From Escherichia coli (GTDB lineage Bacteria > Pseudomonadota > Gammaproteobacteria > Enterobacterales > Enterobacteriaceae), in assembly GCF_044647545.1 (NCBI RefSeq), contig NZ_CP172818.1: DNA of 64,000 nucleotides; one strand, written 5' to 3'. The position numbers and the translations under genes are program-made. Position 1 is the first letter of the stretch. Each line of letters opens with the position of its first letter. The notes beneath the pieces are model-generated. The model worked only from the letters and a program-made list of their open reading frames with translations. It had not been told where the DNA came from and did no database searches. Below are positions 22,131-34,625 of the stretch, piece by piece.

Positions 22131-23609
22131 ATGGAAACTCAGTGGACAAGGATGACCGCCGATGAAGCGGCAGAAATTATCCAGCATAACGACATGGTGG
22201 CATTTAGCGGCTTTACCCCAGCGGGTTCGCCGAAAGCCTTACCCACCGCGATTGCCCGCAGAGCTAACGAACAGCATGAGGCCAAAAAGCCGTATCAAAT
22301 TCGCCTGCTGACGGGGGCGTCAATCAGCGCCACCGCTGACGATGTACTTTCTGACGCCGATGCTGTTTCCTGGCGTGCGCCATATCAAACATCGTCCGGT
22401 TTACGTAAAAAGATCAATCAGGGCGCGGTGAGTTTCGTTGACCTGCATTTGAGCGAAGTGGCGCAAATGGTCAATTACGGTTTCTTCGGCGACATTGATG
22501 TTGCCGTCATCGAAGCATCGGCACTGGCACCGGATGGTCGAGTCTGGTTAACCAGCGGGATCGGTAATGCGCCGACCTGGCTGCTGCGAGCGAAGAAAGT
22601 GATCATTGAACTTAATCACTATCACGATCCGCGCGTTGCAGAACTGGCAGATATTGTGATTCCTGGCGCGCCACCGCGGCGCAATAGCGTGTCGATCTTC
22701 CATGCAATGGATCGCGTCGGTACCCGCTATGTGCAAATCGATCCGAAAAAGATTGTCGCCGTCGTGGAAACCAACTTGCCTGACGCCGGTAATATGCTGG
22801 ATAAGCAAAATCCCATGTGCCAGCAGATTGCCGATAACGTGGTCACGTTCTTGTTGCAGGAAATGGCGCATGGGCGTATTCCGCCGGAATTTCTGCCGCT
22901 GCAAAGTGGCGTGGGCAATATCAATAATGCGGTAATGGCGCGTCTGGGGGAAAACCCGGAAATTCCTCCGTTTATGATGTATTCGGAAGTGCTACAGGAA
23001 TCGGTGGTGCATTTACTGGAAACCGGCAAAATCAGCGGGGCCAGCGCCTCCAGCCTGACAATCTCGGCCGATTCCCTGCGCAAGATTTACGACAATATGG
23101 ATTACTTTGCCAGCCGCATTGTGTTGCGTCCGCAGGAGATTTCCAATAACCCGGAAATCATCCGTCGTCTGGGCGTCATCGCTCTGAACGTCGGCCTGGA
23201 GTTTGATATTTACGGGCATGCCAACTCAACGCACGTAGCCGGGGTCGATCTGATGAACGGCATCGGCGGCAGCGGTGATTTTGAACGCAACGCGTATCTG
23301 TCGATCTTTATGGCTCCGTCGATTGCTAAAGAAGGCAAGATCTCAACCGTCGTGCCAATGTGCAGCCATGTTGATCACAGCGAACACAGCGTCAAAGTGA
23401 TCATCACCGAACAAGGGATCGCCGATCTGCGCGGTCTTTCCCCGCTTCAACGCGCCCGCACTATCATTGATAATTGTGCACATCCTATGTATCGGGATTA
23501 TCTGCATCGTTATCTGGAAAATGCGCCCGGCGGACATATTCACCACGATCTTAGCCACGTCTTCGACTTACACCGTAATTTAATTGCAACCGGCTCGATG
23601 CTGGGTTAA
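22131..23609 (+). CDS. scpC: Propionyl-CoA:succinate CoA-transferase
   Basis: 492-aa product, acetyl-CoA hydrolase/transferase family. Confidence 0.9.
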   Translation: METQWTRMTADEAAEIIQHNDMVAFSGFTPAGSPKALPTAIARRANEQHEAKKPYQIRLLTGASISATADDVLSDADAVSWRAPYQTSSGLRKKINQGAVSFVDLHLSEVAQMVNYGFFGDIDVAVIEASALAPDGRVWLTSGIGNAPTWLLRAKKVIIELNHYHDPRVAELADIVIPGAPPRRNSVSIFHAMDRVGTRYVQIDPKKIVAVVETNLPDAGNMLDKQNPMCQQIADNVVTFLLQEMAHGRIPPEFLPLQSGVGNINNAVMARLGENPEIPPFMMYSEVLQESVVHLLETGKISGASASSLTISADSLRKIYDNMDYFASRIVLRPQEISNNPEIIRRLGVIALNVGLEFDIYGHANSTHVAGVDLMNGIGGSGDFERNAYLSIFMAPSIAKEGKISTVVPMCSHVDHSEHSVKVIITEQGIADLRGLSPLQRARTIIDNCAHPMYRDYLHRYLENAPGGHIHHDLSHVFDLHRNLIATGSMLG

Positions 23610-24502
23610 TGGTTTGTCCCGTCACGATCTTCAGCAATATGCTGAAGCATCGTGGCGGTATAACGATGATTTCTGATTGAATAAAGATATTCCTGCATAT
23701 ACATCGGCCTGTGCGGCGCATCAAAATATTTCAGCGTTGCCGGATTCACCAGTCGCCAGGCAAAATGCGGGATCACCGTCAGAAAATGTCCGCGCTCCAC
23801 GGCGCTGATTTTGGCCATAAAACTGTAGGGACGATAAATAATGGTGGGATTGATCCCACAAGGTCGCATATTCGCATCAATCATTGCTTCGAAGTTAGCC
23901 CGGTTCTGAAAGCGCATTTGCAGCCAGGGTAGCTCCTGAAGCAGCTCTTGCTCTTGTCGCTCTTCATAACGGCGAGAAACGAGAAAGCCCAATCGCAGCG
24001 GTGGTAGTTCACTGATAGTCAGGTTTTCCAGTTCCTGAACTCGTGCAGATACATGCTGTGGGGAGATAATAAAATCTAACTGACGGTCAAAAAGATTATC
24101 GATAACGCCGTTTTCGCTGAACTCAACTGGCTGGGCGGTCACGCCTTCATACTTATCTCCGAGACTAATCAACTGATCGAAAATAATTGTCGGATAAGTA
24201 TTATCTATGCCAATCACAATTTCTCGTGAACGACGCCCTGAGTTATGGATTTCATTATCAATCGCAGAAAGTCGTTGATAAACCGGGAACAGTTTTTGAT
24301 ACAGTTCCTGTCCGGCTTTATTGAGGCTGATATTATTATCTTTGCGGGTAAATAGCGTATAGCCAATTTGTTCTTCCAGCGCGGCAATGCTTTTACCAAA
24401 TGGCGAAGCCGTCATATGGATTTTTTCTGCCGCCCGGGCAATATTATTGGTTTGCGCTAATAAAATGAAATTGCGCATCTTTTTCGAAATAAAAATGTCC
24501 AT
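23606..24502 (-). CDS. ygfI: LysR-family transcriptional regulator
   Basis: 298-aa product with N-terminal HTH (QTNNIARAAEKIHMTASPFGKSIAALEEQIG). Confidence 0.85.
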   Translation of the reverse strand: MDIFISKKMRNFILLAQTNNIARAAEKIHMTASPFGKSIAALEEQIGYTLFTRKDNNISLNKAGQELYQKLFPVYQRLSAIDNEIHNSGRRSREIVIGIDNTYPTIIFDQLISLGDKYEGVTAQPVEFSENGVIDNLFDRQLDFIISPQHVSARVQELENLTISELPPLRLGFLVSRRYEERQEQELLQELPWLQMRFQNRANFEAMIDANMRPCGINPTIIYRPYSFMAKISAVERGHFLTVIPHFAWRLVNPATLKYFDAPHRPMYMQEYLYSIRNHRYTATMLQHIAEDRDGTNH

Positions 24503-24669
24503 ACCCCCTCCCCCGCATCCTTGTCCGCTTAACCGTTTCAGTCAGCCTATCCTTGATGAAACCGCGAGCAAAGATAGGTGATTACGTCATGGTTTTACAG
24601 AAAATTACAGAAAAAGGAGGCAATATCGGGTAAAGGCATTAGCCCGACGAATACGTCGGGCTACAAATA

Positions 24670-25410
24670 TTATTGTGCTGCAGGTGTTTTAGCGGGTTGT
24701 TGATCCACAGGTTCTAACTGGAAGACCACATCGACCTGATCATCAAACTGAATAGCGGCCTGCTCGTAAGTTTCCTGGGCGGACACCGGCGCGGCATCGG
24801 CTTTCATCATCCGCACCATTGGGCTGGGCTGATAGTTGGAAACATGGTAGCGCACGCTATATACCGGCCCCAGTTTACGATGAAAGCCGTTCGCCAGTTC
24901 CTGCGCCTGATGAATCGCGTTATCAATCGCTGCCTTACGCGCTTTGTCTTTATAGGCATCCGGCTGCGCCACGCCCAGCGACACAGAACGAATTTCGTTA
25001 AGACCCGCCTTCAGCGCGCCATCCAGCAAGGAATTCAGTTTGTCTAACTGACGGAGCGTGACTTCCACCGTTCTCACAGCACGGTAGCCTTTCAGGATAC
25101 TTTTACCATCCTGATAATCATAATCTGGCTGGGTGCGTAAGTTCGCTGAGCTGATATCTTTTTTCGCGATCTGATTGAGTTCAAGGAAGGAAATGTATTG
25201 TGCGACGCGCTCATCCGCCTGTTTCTTGGCAGTAGCGGCATCCTTCGCGGCCACGTTGACTTCAATCGCAAGAGTGGCAATGTCTGGCACCGCATCCACG
25301 CTTGCCGTACCGGAGGTGACAATATGCGGTCCATCCGGCAATTCGTTAGCCTGCGCTGCCATCCCGCTAATACCCATTAATGCCGCCAGGGCGATAACTT
25401 TGAACTTCAC
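24670..25410 (-). CDS. yggE: Periplasmic SIMPL/DUF541 protein
   Basis: 246-aa product with signal peptide MKFKVIALAALMGISGMAAQA. Confidence 0.85.
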   Translation of the reverse strand: MKFKVIALAALMGISGMAAQANELPDGPHIVTSGTASVDAVPDIATLAIEVNVAAKDAATAKKQADERVAQYISFLELNQIAKKDISSANLRTQPDYDYQDGKSILKGYRAVRTVEVTLRQLDKLNSLLDGALKAGLNEIRSVSLGVAQPDAYKDKARKAAIDNAIHQAQELANGFHRKLGPVYSVRYHVSNYQPSPMVRMMKADAAPVSAQETYEQAAIQFDDQVDVVFQLEPVDQQPAKTPAAQ

Positions 25411-25502
25411 GTTAGTCTCTCCGTGTTAATTGACTTGCCCAAAATTCAGGACCTCTGGAGGCAAGCTTAGCGCCTCTGTTTTATTTTTCCATCAGATAGC
25501 GC

Positions 25503-26138
25503 CTAACTGAACAAGGCTTGTGCATGAGCAATACCGTCTCTCGCCAGCTGCAAGGCAATAAACCACATAACACATCCCACTACCAGATTGATAATGCGTT
25601 GTGATTTTGCCGTGCGCAGGCGCGGTGCCAGCCAGGCTGCGAGAATAGCCAGACCAAAGAACCACAGGAAAGAGGCGCTAATTGTCCCGAGCGCAAACCA
25701 ACGTTTTGGTTCGACGTCAAGCTGCCCACCAAGGCTGCCCAGTACAACAAAAGTATCCAGGTAAACATGCGGATTCAGCCAGGTCACTGCCAACATGGTG
25801 GCGATAATTTTCCATCTGCCTTGCTTCAGGACTTCGGCACTGGCTAACTCAATATTACTGCTCATTGCTGTTTTAAAAGCGCCAAAACCATACCACAGCA
25901 AGAAGGCTACGCCGCCCCAGGTGACCAGCGCCAGCAACCACGGCGACTGCATCAATAACGCACTGCCACCAAAAATCCCGGCGCAAATCAGGACCAAATC
26001 GCTGATAGCGCAAAGTAAGGCAATCATAATGTGGTACTGACGACGAATGCCCTGATTCATCACAAAAGCATTTTGTGGACCGAGCGGTAGGATCATAGCC
26101 GCCCCAAGCGCAAGACCTTGAAAGTAATAAGAAAACAC
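25503..26138 (-). CDS. argO: Arginine exporter (LysE family)
   Basis: 211-aa multi-TM product [34 protein letters not shown]. Confidence 0.9.
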
Positions 26139-26276
26139 GTTGGATATTCCGAATTAAGTATCTGATGCAGAGACTATATCGCGGGATTGTTATTAGCGGA
26201 AATTGATAATATTAATTGGCAATCAGAAAAACTAATAAGAGAGAGGCCAGAGAGTATTATCTGGCCTCAGCGTTGA

Positions 26277-27137
<861 letters not shown>

Positions 27138-27269
27138 TCAATATTCCTTTTCAACTGACTCAAAATGGAGAAATACACTCCGCCGCCTTATGACGGGCAG
27201 TCTGACAAGGGTAAACAATAAAGCATAATTTTGCCAAATAGATCACAGATTTCTCATCTGTATCCTCTG

Positions 27270-27300
27270 GCGAAAAAAAGACCCGCAGAGCGGGCCTTGA
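27270..27300 (-). terminator. Rho-independent terminator downstream of fbaA
   Basis: Minus-strand hairpin ggcccgc-tctg-cgggtc followed by tttttttc. Confidence 0.65.
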
Positions 27301-27320
27301 GATAAGCAGAAAGGAATGAC

Positions 27321-28400
27321 TTACAGAACGTCGATCGCGTTCAGTTCCTGGAATGCTTTTTCCAGACGAGCGATCATCGAAGTCTGACCGGCACGCAGCC
27401 ATACGCGCGGATCGTAGTATTTCTTGTTCGGCTGATCTTCGCCTTTCGGGTTACCCAGCTGACCCTGCAGGTAAGCTTCGTTCGCTTTGTAGTAGTTCAG
27501 AACGCCTTCCCAGGTTGCCCATTGGGTATCGGTATCGATGTTCATTTTCACTACGCCGTAGCTTACGGAGTCTTTGATTTCCTGAGCAGTAGAACCGGAA
27601 CCACCGTGGAATACGAAGTTCAGGCTGTTGTGCGGCAGGTTGTGTTTCTTAGAAACATATTCCTGAGAATCACGCAGGATGGTCGGAGTCAGAACCACGT
27701 TACCCGGCTTGTAAACACCGTGTACGTTACCGAAGGACGCTGCGATGGTGAAACGCGGGCTGATTTTGCTCAGCTCGGTATACGCATAATCAACGTCTTC
27801 CGGCTGGGTGTACAGTGCAGAAGCGTCCATGTGGCTGTTGTCCACGCCGTCTTCTTCACCACCGGTGCAACCCAGTTCGATTTCCAGAGTCATGCCGATT
27901 TTGGACATGCGCTCCAGGTATTTAGAGCAGATTTCGATGTTCTCTTGCAGAGATTCTTCAGACAGGTCGATCATGTGAGAAGAGAACAGCGGCTTGCCGG
28001 TAGCTGCGAAGTGTTTTTCACCAGCGTCCAGCAGACCGTCGATCCACGGCAGCAGTTTCTTCGCGCAGTGGTCGGTGTGCAGGATAACCGGAACACCATA
28101 ATGTTCAGCCATCTGGTGAACGTGATGCGCACCAGAGATCGCGCCCAGGATAGCAGCACCCTGCGGAACGTCAGATTTCACGCCTTTACCAGCGATAAAG
28201 GAAGCACCACCGTTGGAGAACTGAACGATAACCGGCGCTTTAACTTTAGCAGCGGTTTCCAGCACGGCGTTGATGGAGTCAGTACCGACGCAGTTTACTG
28301 CTGGCAGTGCGAAGTTGTTTTCTTTTGCTACCTGGAAAACTTTCTGTACGTCATCACCAGTGATTACGCCAGGTTTTACGAAATCAAAAATCTTAGACAT
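27321..28400 (-). CDS. fbaA: Fructose-bisphosphate aldolase class II
   Basis: 359-aa product MSKIFDFVKPGVITGDDVQKVFQ...; ORF track has upstream in-frame extension. Confidence 0.95.
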   Translation of the reverse strand: MSKIFDFVKPGVITGDDVQKVFQVAKENNFALPAVNCVGTDSINAVLETAAKVKAPVIVQFSNGGASFIAGKGVKSDVPQGAAILGAISGAHHVHQMAEHYGVPVILHTDHCAKKLLPWIDGLLDAGEKHFAATGKPLFSSHMIDLSEESLQENIEICSKYLERMSKIGMTLEIELGCTGGEEDGVDNSHMDASALYTQPEDVDYAYTELSKISPRFTIAASFGNVHGVYKPGNVVLTPTILRDSQEYVSKKHNLPHNSLNFVFHGGSGSTAQEIKDSVSYGVVKMNIDTDTQWATWEGVLNYYKANEAYLQGQLGNPKGEDQPNKKYYDPRVWLRAGQTSMIARLEKAFQELNAIDVL

Positions 28401-28613
28401 GTCTCTTGTCCTGTATCGTCGGGCCTTATACTCGTCATACTTCAAGTTGCATGTGCTGCGTCTGCGTTCGCTCACCCCAGTCACTTACTTATGTAAGCTC
28501 ATGGGATTCACTCTCTTGTCGCCTTCCTGCAACTCGAATTATTTAGAGTATGAAAAAGTGCGTGCTTTAAAAGCGCGCTGCAACAAGGGCAGGTTTCCCT
28601 GCCCTGTGATTTT

Positions 28614-29777
28614 TTACTTCTTAGCGCGCTCTTCGAGCATCGCTACTGCAGGCAGTACTTTACCTTCCACGAATTCGAGGAATGCGCCGCCGCCAGTGGA
28701 GATGTAGGAGATTTTGTCAGCAATGCCGAACAGGTCGATTGCTGCCAGAGTGTCGCCGCCGCCAGCGATGGAGAACGCTTCGCTGTCTGCGATAGCGTTA
28801 GCCACGATTTCAGTACCTTTGCGGAAGTTCGGGAATTCGAACACGCCAACCGGACCGTTCCACAGAATGGTTTTCGCATTCTTCAGGATTTCAGCCAGTT
28901 CCTGAGCGGAAGCATCACCGATATCCAGGATCTGCTCGTCAGCTTTCACATCGTTAACAGATTTCAGGGTAGCCGGTGCAGTTTCAGAGAACTCAGTTGC
29001 TACACGAACATCAGACGGAACCGGGATGTTGCAGGTGGTCAGCAGACGTTTTGCTTCGTCAACCAGATCAGCTTCGTACAGGGATTTACCCACATCGTGG
29101 CCTTGTGCCGCGATAAAGGTGTTAGCGATACCACCACCAACAATCAGCTGGTCAGCGATTTTAGACAGGGAGTCCAGAACGGTCAGTTTGGTAGATACTT
29201 TAGAACCACCAACGATAGCCACCATCGGGCGAGCAGGTTCTTTCAGTGCTTTACCCAGCGCGTCCAGTTCAGCTGCCAGCAGCGGGCCTGCGCACGCAAC
29301 GTCAGCGAATTTACCGATACCGTGAGTAGAAGCCTGCGCGCGGTGAGCAGTACCGAATGCGTCCATTACGAACACGTCACACAGTGCAGCGTATTTTTTG
29401 GACAGGGTTTCGTCGTCTTTCTTCTCGCCTTTGTTGAAGCGAACGTTTTCCAGAACAACCAGTTCACCTTCAGCAACGTCAACGCCGTCGAGGTAATCTT
29501 TAACCAGACGAACCGGGTTAGACAGTTTGTCTTTCAGGTAGTTAACAACCGGCAGCAGAGAGAATTCTTCGTTGTACTCGCCTTCGGTAGGACGACCCAG
29601 GTGGGAAGTTACCATCACTTTTGCGCCTTGTTTCAGGGCCAGTTCGATGGTCGGCAGAGAAGCACGGATACGCGCGTCGCTGGTTACTTTCCCGTCTTTT
29701 ACTGGTACGTTCAGATCCGCACGGATAAATACACGTTTCCCAGCAAGATCCAGATCGGTCATCTTAATTACAGACAT
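28614..29777 (-). CDS. pgk: Phosphoglycerate kinase
   Basis: 387-aa product [25 protein letters not shown]... Confidence 0.95.
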
Positions 29778-29826
29778 GGTGAATCCTCTCGTTGATTCTA
29801 AAAGTTTTGCAGACGCTGCTTGCGTC

Positions 29827-30846
29827 TTACCTGAAAGCAACAGTAGCCATAGCTAACGTCGTGTCGAGCATTCGGTTAGCAAAGCCCCATTCGTTATCGC
29901 ACCAGACCAACGTTTTGATCAGGTGTGCGCCACTGACCCGGGTTTGAGTGCCATCGACAATGGCACTGTGCGGATCGTGGTTAAAATCTACAGAGACCAA
30001 CGGCAATTCCGTATAGTCAACTATACCATGAAATGCACCTTGTGCTGCTTTTTGCAGCAACAGGTTGACTTCATTGGCTTTTACAGGTTTCTTCACCGTC
30101 ACGCTTAAATCGATTGCCGTCACATTTATGGTTGGCACACGTACCGCAATCGCTTCAAAGCGATCGTTAAATTGCGGAAAAAATCGTGTGATACCGGCGG
30201 CCAGTTTAGTATCGACCGGAATGATCGACTGGCTGGCTGCCCGGGTGCGACGCAGGTCAGGATGGTATGCATCAATAACCTGTTGATCGTGCATGGCGGA
30301 GTGAATTGTGGTCACAGTGCCGGACTCAATACCGTACGCATCATCTAACAATTTGATGACGGGAATTATGCAATTCGTGGTACAGGAAGCGTTAGAAACG
30401 ATGCGGTGTTCCGCACGAAGTTGATCCTGATTGACGCCGTAAACAACGGTCGCGTCGAGATCGTTACTGCCAGGATGTGAAAAGAGCACTTTTTTAGCCC
30501 CGGCGGCAATGTGTGCTTCACCATGCTCGCGGGAGCCATATACGCCGGTGCAGTCGAGGACTACATCAACGCCAAGTTCACGCCAGGGGAGCGATTGCAG
30601 TGAACGTTCATGCAATACACGGATGGCGTCATCACCAACAAAAAGTTGATTGCGTTCCTGTCGTACTTCCCATGCAAAACGGCCATGGCTGGTGTCATAT
30701 TTCAACAAATGCGCCATGCCCGCAGCATCCGCCAGTTCGTTGATTGCCACCACGGTAATTTCCGCCCGGCGTCCGGATTCATACAAAGCACGAACCACAT
30801 TACGCCCGATGCGACCGAAGCCATTTATCGCTACGCGTACGGTCAT
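29827..30846 (-). CDS. epd: D-erythrose-4-phosphate dehydrogenase
   Basis: 339-aa product [21 protein letters not shown]... (GAPDH family). Confidence 0.95.
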
Positions 30847-31130
30847 AGATCTCCTGCAAGGTTTTCCCTGAGCAAATTTGCCAGACAGAGTAATCCAGCA
30901 AATCGTCCGGGGAAACCTTACCTGTCGCAAACTGCGACTGATTGGTTAATTGTCGAACATTTAATCGACTGAAACGCTTCAGCTAGGATAAGCGAAACGT
31001 GGAATAAAAGGAATGTTTGTCCAGCCGAAGAAGACATTTATCTGACTCACATCACACTTTTATCCCCTTTTGTGGGAAGCTTTATTCCAGGCTGGCGTAA
31101 TAATAACCCTGCAATAACTGGAATAAATTG

Positions 31131-31844
31131 TCAGCTTGTGAAGTAATACCGGCCTTCTTCAGTCATCTCTACTATCAGATTGGCCTGACGACTATTCATC
31201 AGCACACGCTCGACATTGGGGCCATCGGTTCGGGCATAAAATGCTTCGGCTTCTTGCCGCGATAATCCTCCCGCAATTTTACGACTAATCAAGCGCTCCC
31301 GCAGAATTTGAGCAGGTGCATGAATAAAAATAGAAAAATCGCAGAAAGATGCCAATTCCTGCCACTTTTCATCATCCAGTAATAGCCAGTTTCCTTCGAC
31401 GATGACGAGTGGTGCGGTAACGTGCAACGCATCTTCAACAGGATCATGCTTTTGTCGATCGTACTGCGGCCACGTACAATCCCCTTCCACGACCTGGCGC
31501 AGATTTTCCGCCAGTTTCGCAACGTCAAATGTCTCTGGTGCGCCTTTGAAGGGGCGCAATTGATGCGCATCCAGCCAGCTATTGTAATGGTGAAAACCAT
31601 CCATCGGTAGCGTCTGAATAGCGGGCAGTTCCGGGTCTTGTTGCGCGATATATTCCCAGAAGGTGGTTAGGGTAGATTTACCCGTCCCCGGCGGAGCGCA
31701 AAGAAAAACCACCGTACGCCGCTGCGGATTTACCGTCTGTAAGGCCGCCAACATGTGCAGCAACGGTTTATGTACATTTTCAATCTCTTCGTTCTGGTAC
31801 TGTGCCTGTATCTTCAGCCCATTCACCGTTAATTCAATTTTCAC
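31131..31844 (-). CDS. yggC: P-loop kinase-like protein YggC
   Basis: 237-aa product with Walker A CAPPGTGKST. Confidence 0.85.
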   Translation of the reverse strand: MKIELTVNGLKIQAQYQNEEIENVHKPLLHMLAALQTVNPQRRTVVFLCAPPGTGKSTLTTFWEYIAQQDPELPAIQTLPMDGFHHYNSWLDAHQLRPFKGAPETFDVAKLAENLRQVVEGDCTWPQYDRQKHDPVEDALHVTAPLVIVEGNWLLLDDEKWQELASFCDFSIFIHAPAQILRERLISRKIAGGLSRQEAEAFYARTDGPNVERVLMNSRQANLIVEMTEEGRYYFTS

Positions 31845-32350
31845 GGCGTTAATTCCTTTAAGGTGGTCGTTACTGCCAGCGTCAGCGCCGTTTTGACCAT
31901 CCCGCTAAAACGCGCCTCTGACCAGACGGCGAAATCGGCGAACTTCATCGCTTTCAATGCGTCATAGAGCGTCGCATTGCGGGTTATGCTATTGACGTTG
32001 CTGATAAAATCCCAGGTCATGTCATCGGCAAATCCGGGCGTTTCATCCTGTTCGTTCAGGTAATGCCAGAACTGGGAAAAATGCGTGATATCGGCGTACA
32101 GCCATTTATCCATTTTCCCCAGCGCATAAATCAAACGCAGCGCAACATCAATATCGTCAAGCGGGCCGCTTTGGGCGAGTAACGGCTTCACTGCATATTC
32201 GACGATCTCTTCATCGTTATCGACAAACAGCGACGGCAGAAACTGGCGTATCCCCTGGAGCAAAATAGAATGCGCAGTTTTCATAAATGAAAATAAATTG
32301 TCCTGTGCGTCCAGTTGCTCAAGCACATCATCTTCTGTCAGCGTCGCCAT
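31841..32350 (-). CDS. fumE: YggD/FumE family protein (169 aa)
   Basis: 169-aa product MATLTEDDVLEQLDAQDNLFSFMKTAHSILLQ... Confidence 0.8.
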   Translation of the reverse strand: MATLTEDDVLEQLDAQDNLFSFMKTAHSILLQGIRQFLPSLFVDNDEEIVEYAVKPLLAQSGPLDDIDVALRLIYALGKMDKWLYADITHFSQFWHYLNEQDETPGFADDMTWDFISNVNSITRNATLYDALKAMKFADFAVWSEARFSGMVKTALTLAVTTTLKELTP

Positions 32351-32371
32351 TGGTCTTCCGATAGATCACCA

Positions 32372-33337
32372 TCAATGCAGGGAGTCTATTATATTACACG
32401 TTTGGTCCGCGCCGCCGATCAGTAATGTCTGCGTCCGCACCCCATTCGCCGTCTGTTGGATACCGTTCACCAACTCGCCACCCGTCACGCCCGTAGCGCT
32501 AAAGAGGATATCGTTCCCCCTCACCAGTTCATCGAGCGAGTACACACGGTTAACGTCAACGCCCATTGCCTTGCAACGCTTGCGCTCCTGCTCTGCAATC
32601 TGCCGATTTTCCGTGTAATCCCCTTTAGCCTGACAAAAGTCAATCAGCTGGGCCTGCATATCCCCGCCTAATGCTTTAACGGCACAGGCAGAAATCACGC
32701 CTTCTGGCGCACCGCCGATGGTGTACATCACATCGTAAGGATTATCCTGCCAGCAGGTCAGCACGCTGGCGGCGACATCGCCATCCGGCAGAGCGAAAAC
32801 CTTCACGCCCAGCTGTGTTGCTTCTTCAATCGCGGCACTCAGGCGCGGTTTATCCAGCGTAACCATGCGCAGCTTGTCCAGCGGTTTGCCTAACGCTTTC
32901 GCCACGTTGCGCAGGTTGTCCACCAGTGGCAAAGACAGATCAATCGCGCCCGCCGCCAGCCGATTAACAACCAGTTTTTTCATATACATATCGGGAGCGT
33001 GTAGCAGGCTGCCTCGTGGGGCGAAGGCCATGACTGCCAGCGCATTGCTCTGCCCCATCGCCACCATCCTGGTGCCTTCAATCGGATCAACCGCGATATC
33101 GACTTCTGGCCCATCGCCTTTGCCCACCTCTTCGCCAATCCACAGCATCGGCGCATGGTCAATTTCTCCTTCGCCGATAACCACTCGTCCACGAAAAGCG
33201 ACGTCGTTTAATGCCTGGCGCATCGCGGTGACCGCCAGGCCATCAATTTTATTTTTGTCGCCACATCCGGTTTGCGGCCAGGCAGCCAACGCTGCCTGTT
33301 CCGTAACGCGAAATAATGGCCACGCCAGGGACATCAT
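32372..33337 (-). CDS. yggF: Fructose-1,6-bisphosphatase class II (GlpX paralogue)
   Basis: 321-aa product, GlpX-like. Confidence 0.85.
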   Translation of the reverse strand: MMSLAWPLFRVTEQAALAAWPQTGCGDKNKIDGLAVTAMRQALNDVAFRGRVVIGEGEIDHAPMLWIGEEVGKGDGPEVDIAVDPIEGTRMVAMGQSNALAVMAFAPRGSLLHAPDMYMKKLVVNRLAAGAIDLSLPLVDNLRNVAKALGKPLDKLRMVTLDKPRLSAAIEEATQLGVKVFALPDGDVAASVLTCWQDNPYDVMYTIGGAPEGVISACAVKALGGDMQAQLIDFCQAKGDYTENRQIAEQERKRCKAMGVDVNRVYSLDELVRGNDILFSATGVTGGELVNGIQQTANGVRTQTLLIGGADQTCNIIDSLH

Positions 33338-34611
33338 TGCGCGGCCTCCCCGATATCAACGCCAAATTGCGCCAGCAGATATTTCTCGGCCTGCTCATTC
33401 CAGATGCCGTGCGTTTCCTCAACCAGCCGCGCCAACTCTTTAAACAGCGGATCGGTTTTGCCTTTTTCGGCAAAATCGGCAATGGCAGTGAGCGGCATGG
33501 TCACGCCGTTATAAATGAGTTTTTTACCGCCTGGGATATCCGGCAGATTGAGCACGGTTTCTGGCACCGCATCCAGGCCACCAATATGGGTCACCATAAA
33601 CGACGGCTGTAACTGCCCCGTGGCGCTAAGGGCAATCGCCTCTTTCATGTCGTCCGTTGAACCGCCAGATGTACCGACGACGTGCGTGCTGTTGTAATGG
33701 ACGTTGTAGAAATTAAACGGCACTTTGAAGTTTTTATCCGTCGGCCCGGCAAAGAAGTTCAGGCAGCCATCTTCCGCCAGTAATTCGTCAGCCATCTCAA
33801 CGACAGCAGGCACCGCCGCATAAACAAAAATGTCATCGAACCCGACATCTCCTGTCAGCGCCCGCAGCTTCTGTACCGGATCGCTCATCCCTTTGGTATT
33901 CACATACACCAGCTCAATGCCTTTACTGGCCGCCAGCTCCACCGGCAGCAGCTTCTGTACCTGCGCCAGGCGTTTGTCGTCGATATCGACCACCACCACC
34001 CGCGACGGTTGTATACCGCCGTTAATGGCGTAATCGATAGCGCCAATGCCCATTGGGCCAGCACACGCCAGCAGTGCAATATTGCCGCCAGGTTTGACGC
34101 CCATGCGATGCTCATAAACATATTGCGTGGTGTGATAATTGGCATGATAAGCGCCAATAATGCAGCACATAGGCTCTGCCAGCGACGCCGCAGCAAAATA
34201 AGAGCCGTGATAGGGTAATACGCAGCCCAGGTTAATGGCGATCTCGGGAATAATCATATAGGTGGCGTTACCGCCAAAATATTCGTAGCTGTAGCCCGCT
34301 GAATATCCGCCTGGTAACCCCATCGCCGGTTGCAATACAAAACGCTGGCCTTTTTTATATTTGTCGGTGAGATTTTTACCCACTTCAACAATAACCCCGG
34401 CACATTCATGCCCGGTAATGACCGGATGATTTTCTAAATCGTCGGGTACGCGTTTATGTTCACTACCGAGTAACGCCGCTTTCTAGGTCGATAAACAGAC
34501 GCTGTCAGAAATTACACTCACTAACAGTTCATTATCGGTAATTTCTGGCAGTTCAAATTCGCGCAGACGGACATCCCGCTTGCCATAAATAGCAGCAACT
34601 TTGGTTTTCAT
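33334..34611 (-). pseudogene. yggP: Zn-dependent dehydrogenase (MDR family) interrupted by in-frame TAG at codon 43
   Basis: ATG at 34609-34611 opens MKTKVAAIYGKRDVRLREFELPEITDNELLVSVISDSVCLST then TAG (plus-strand cta at 34483-34485), then same frame continues KAALLGSEHKRVP...GHECAG... to 33334; full frame = 425 codons. Confidence 0.8.
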
Positions 34612-34625
34612 TTTTACCTCTGTAA

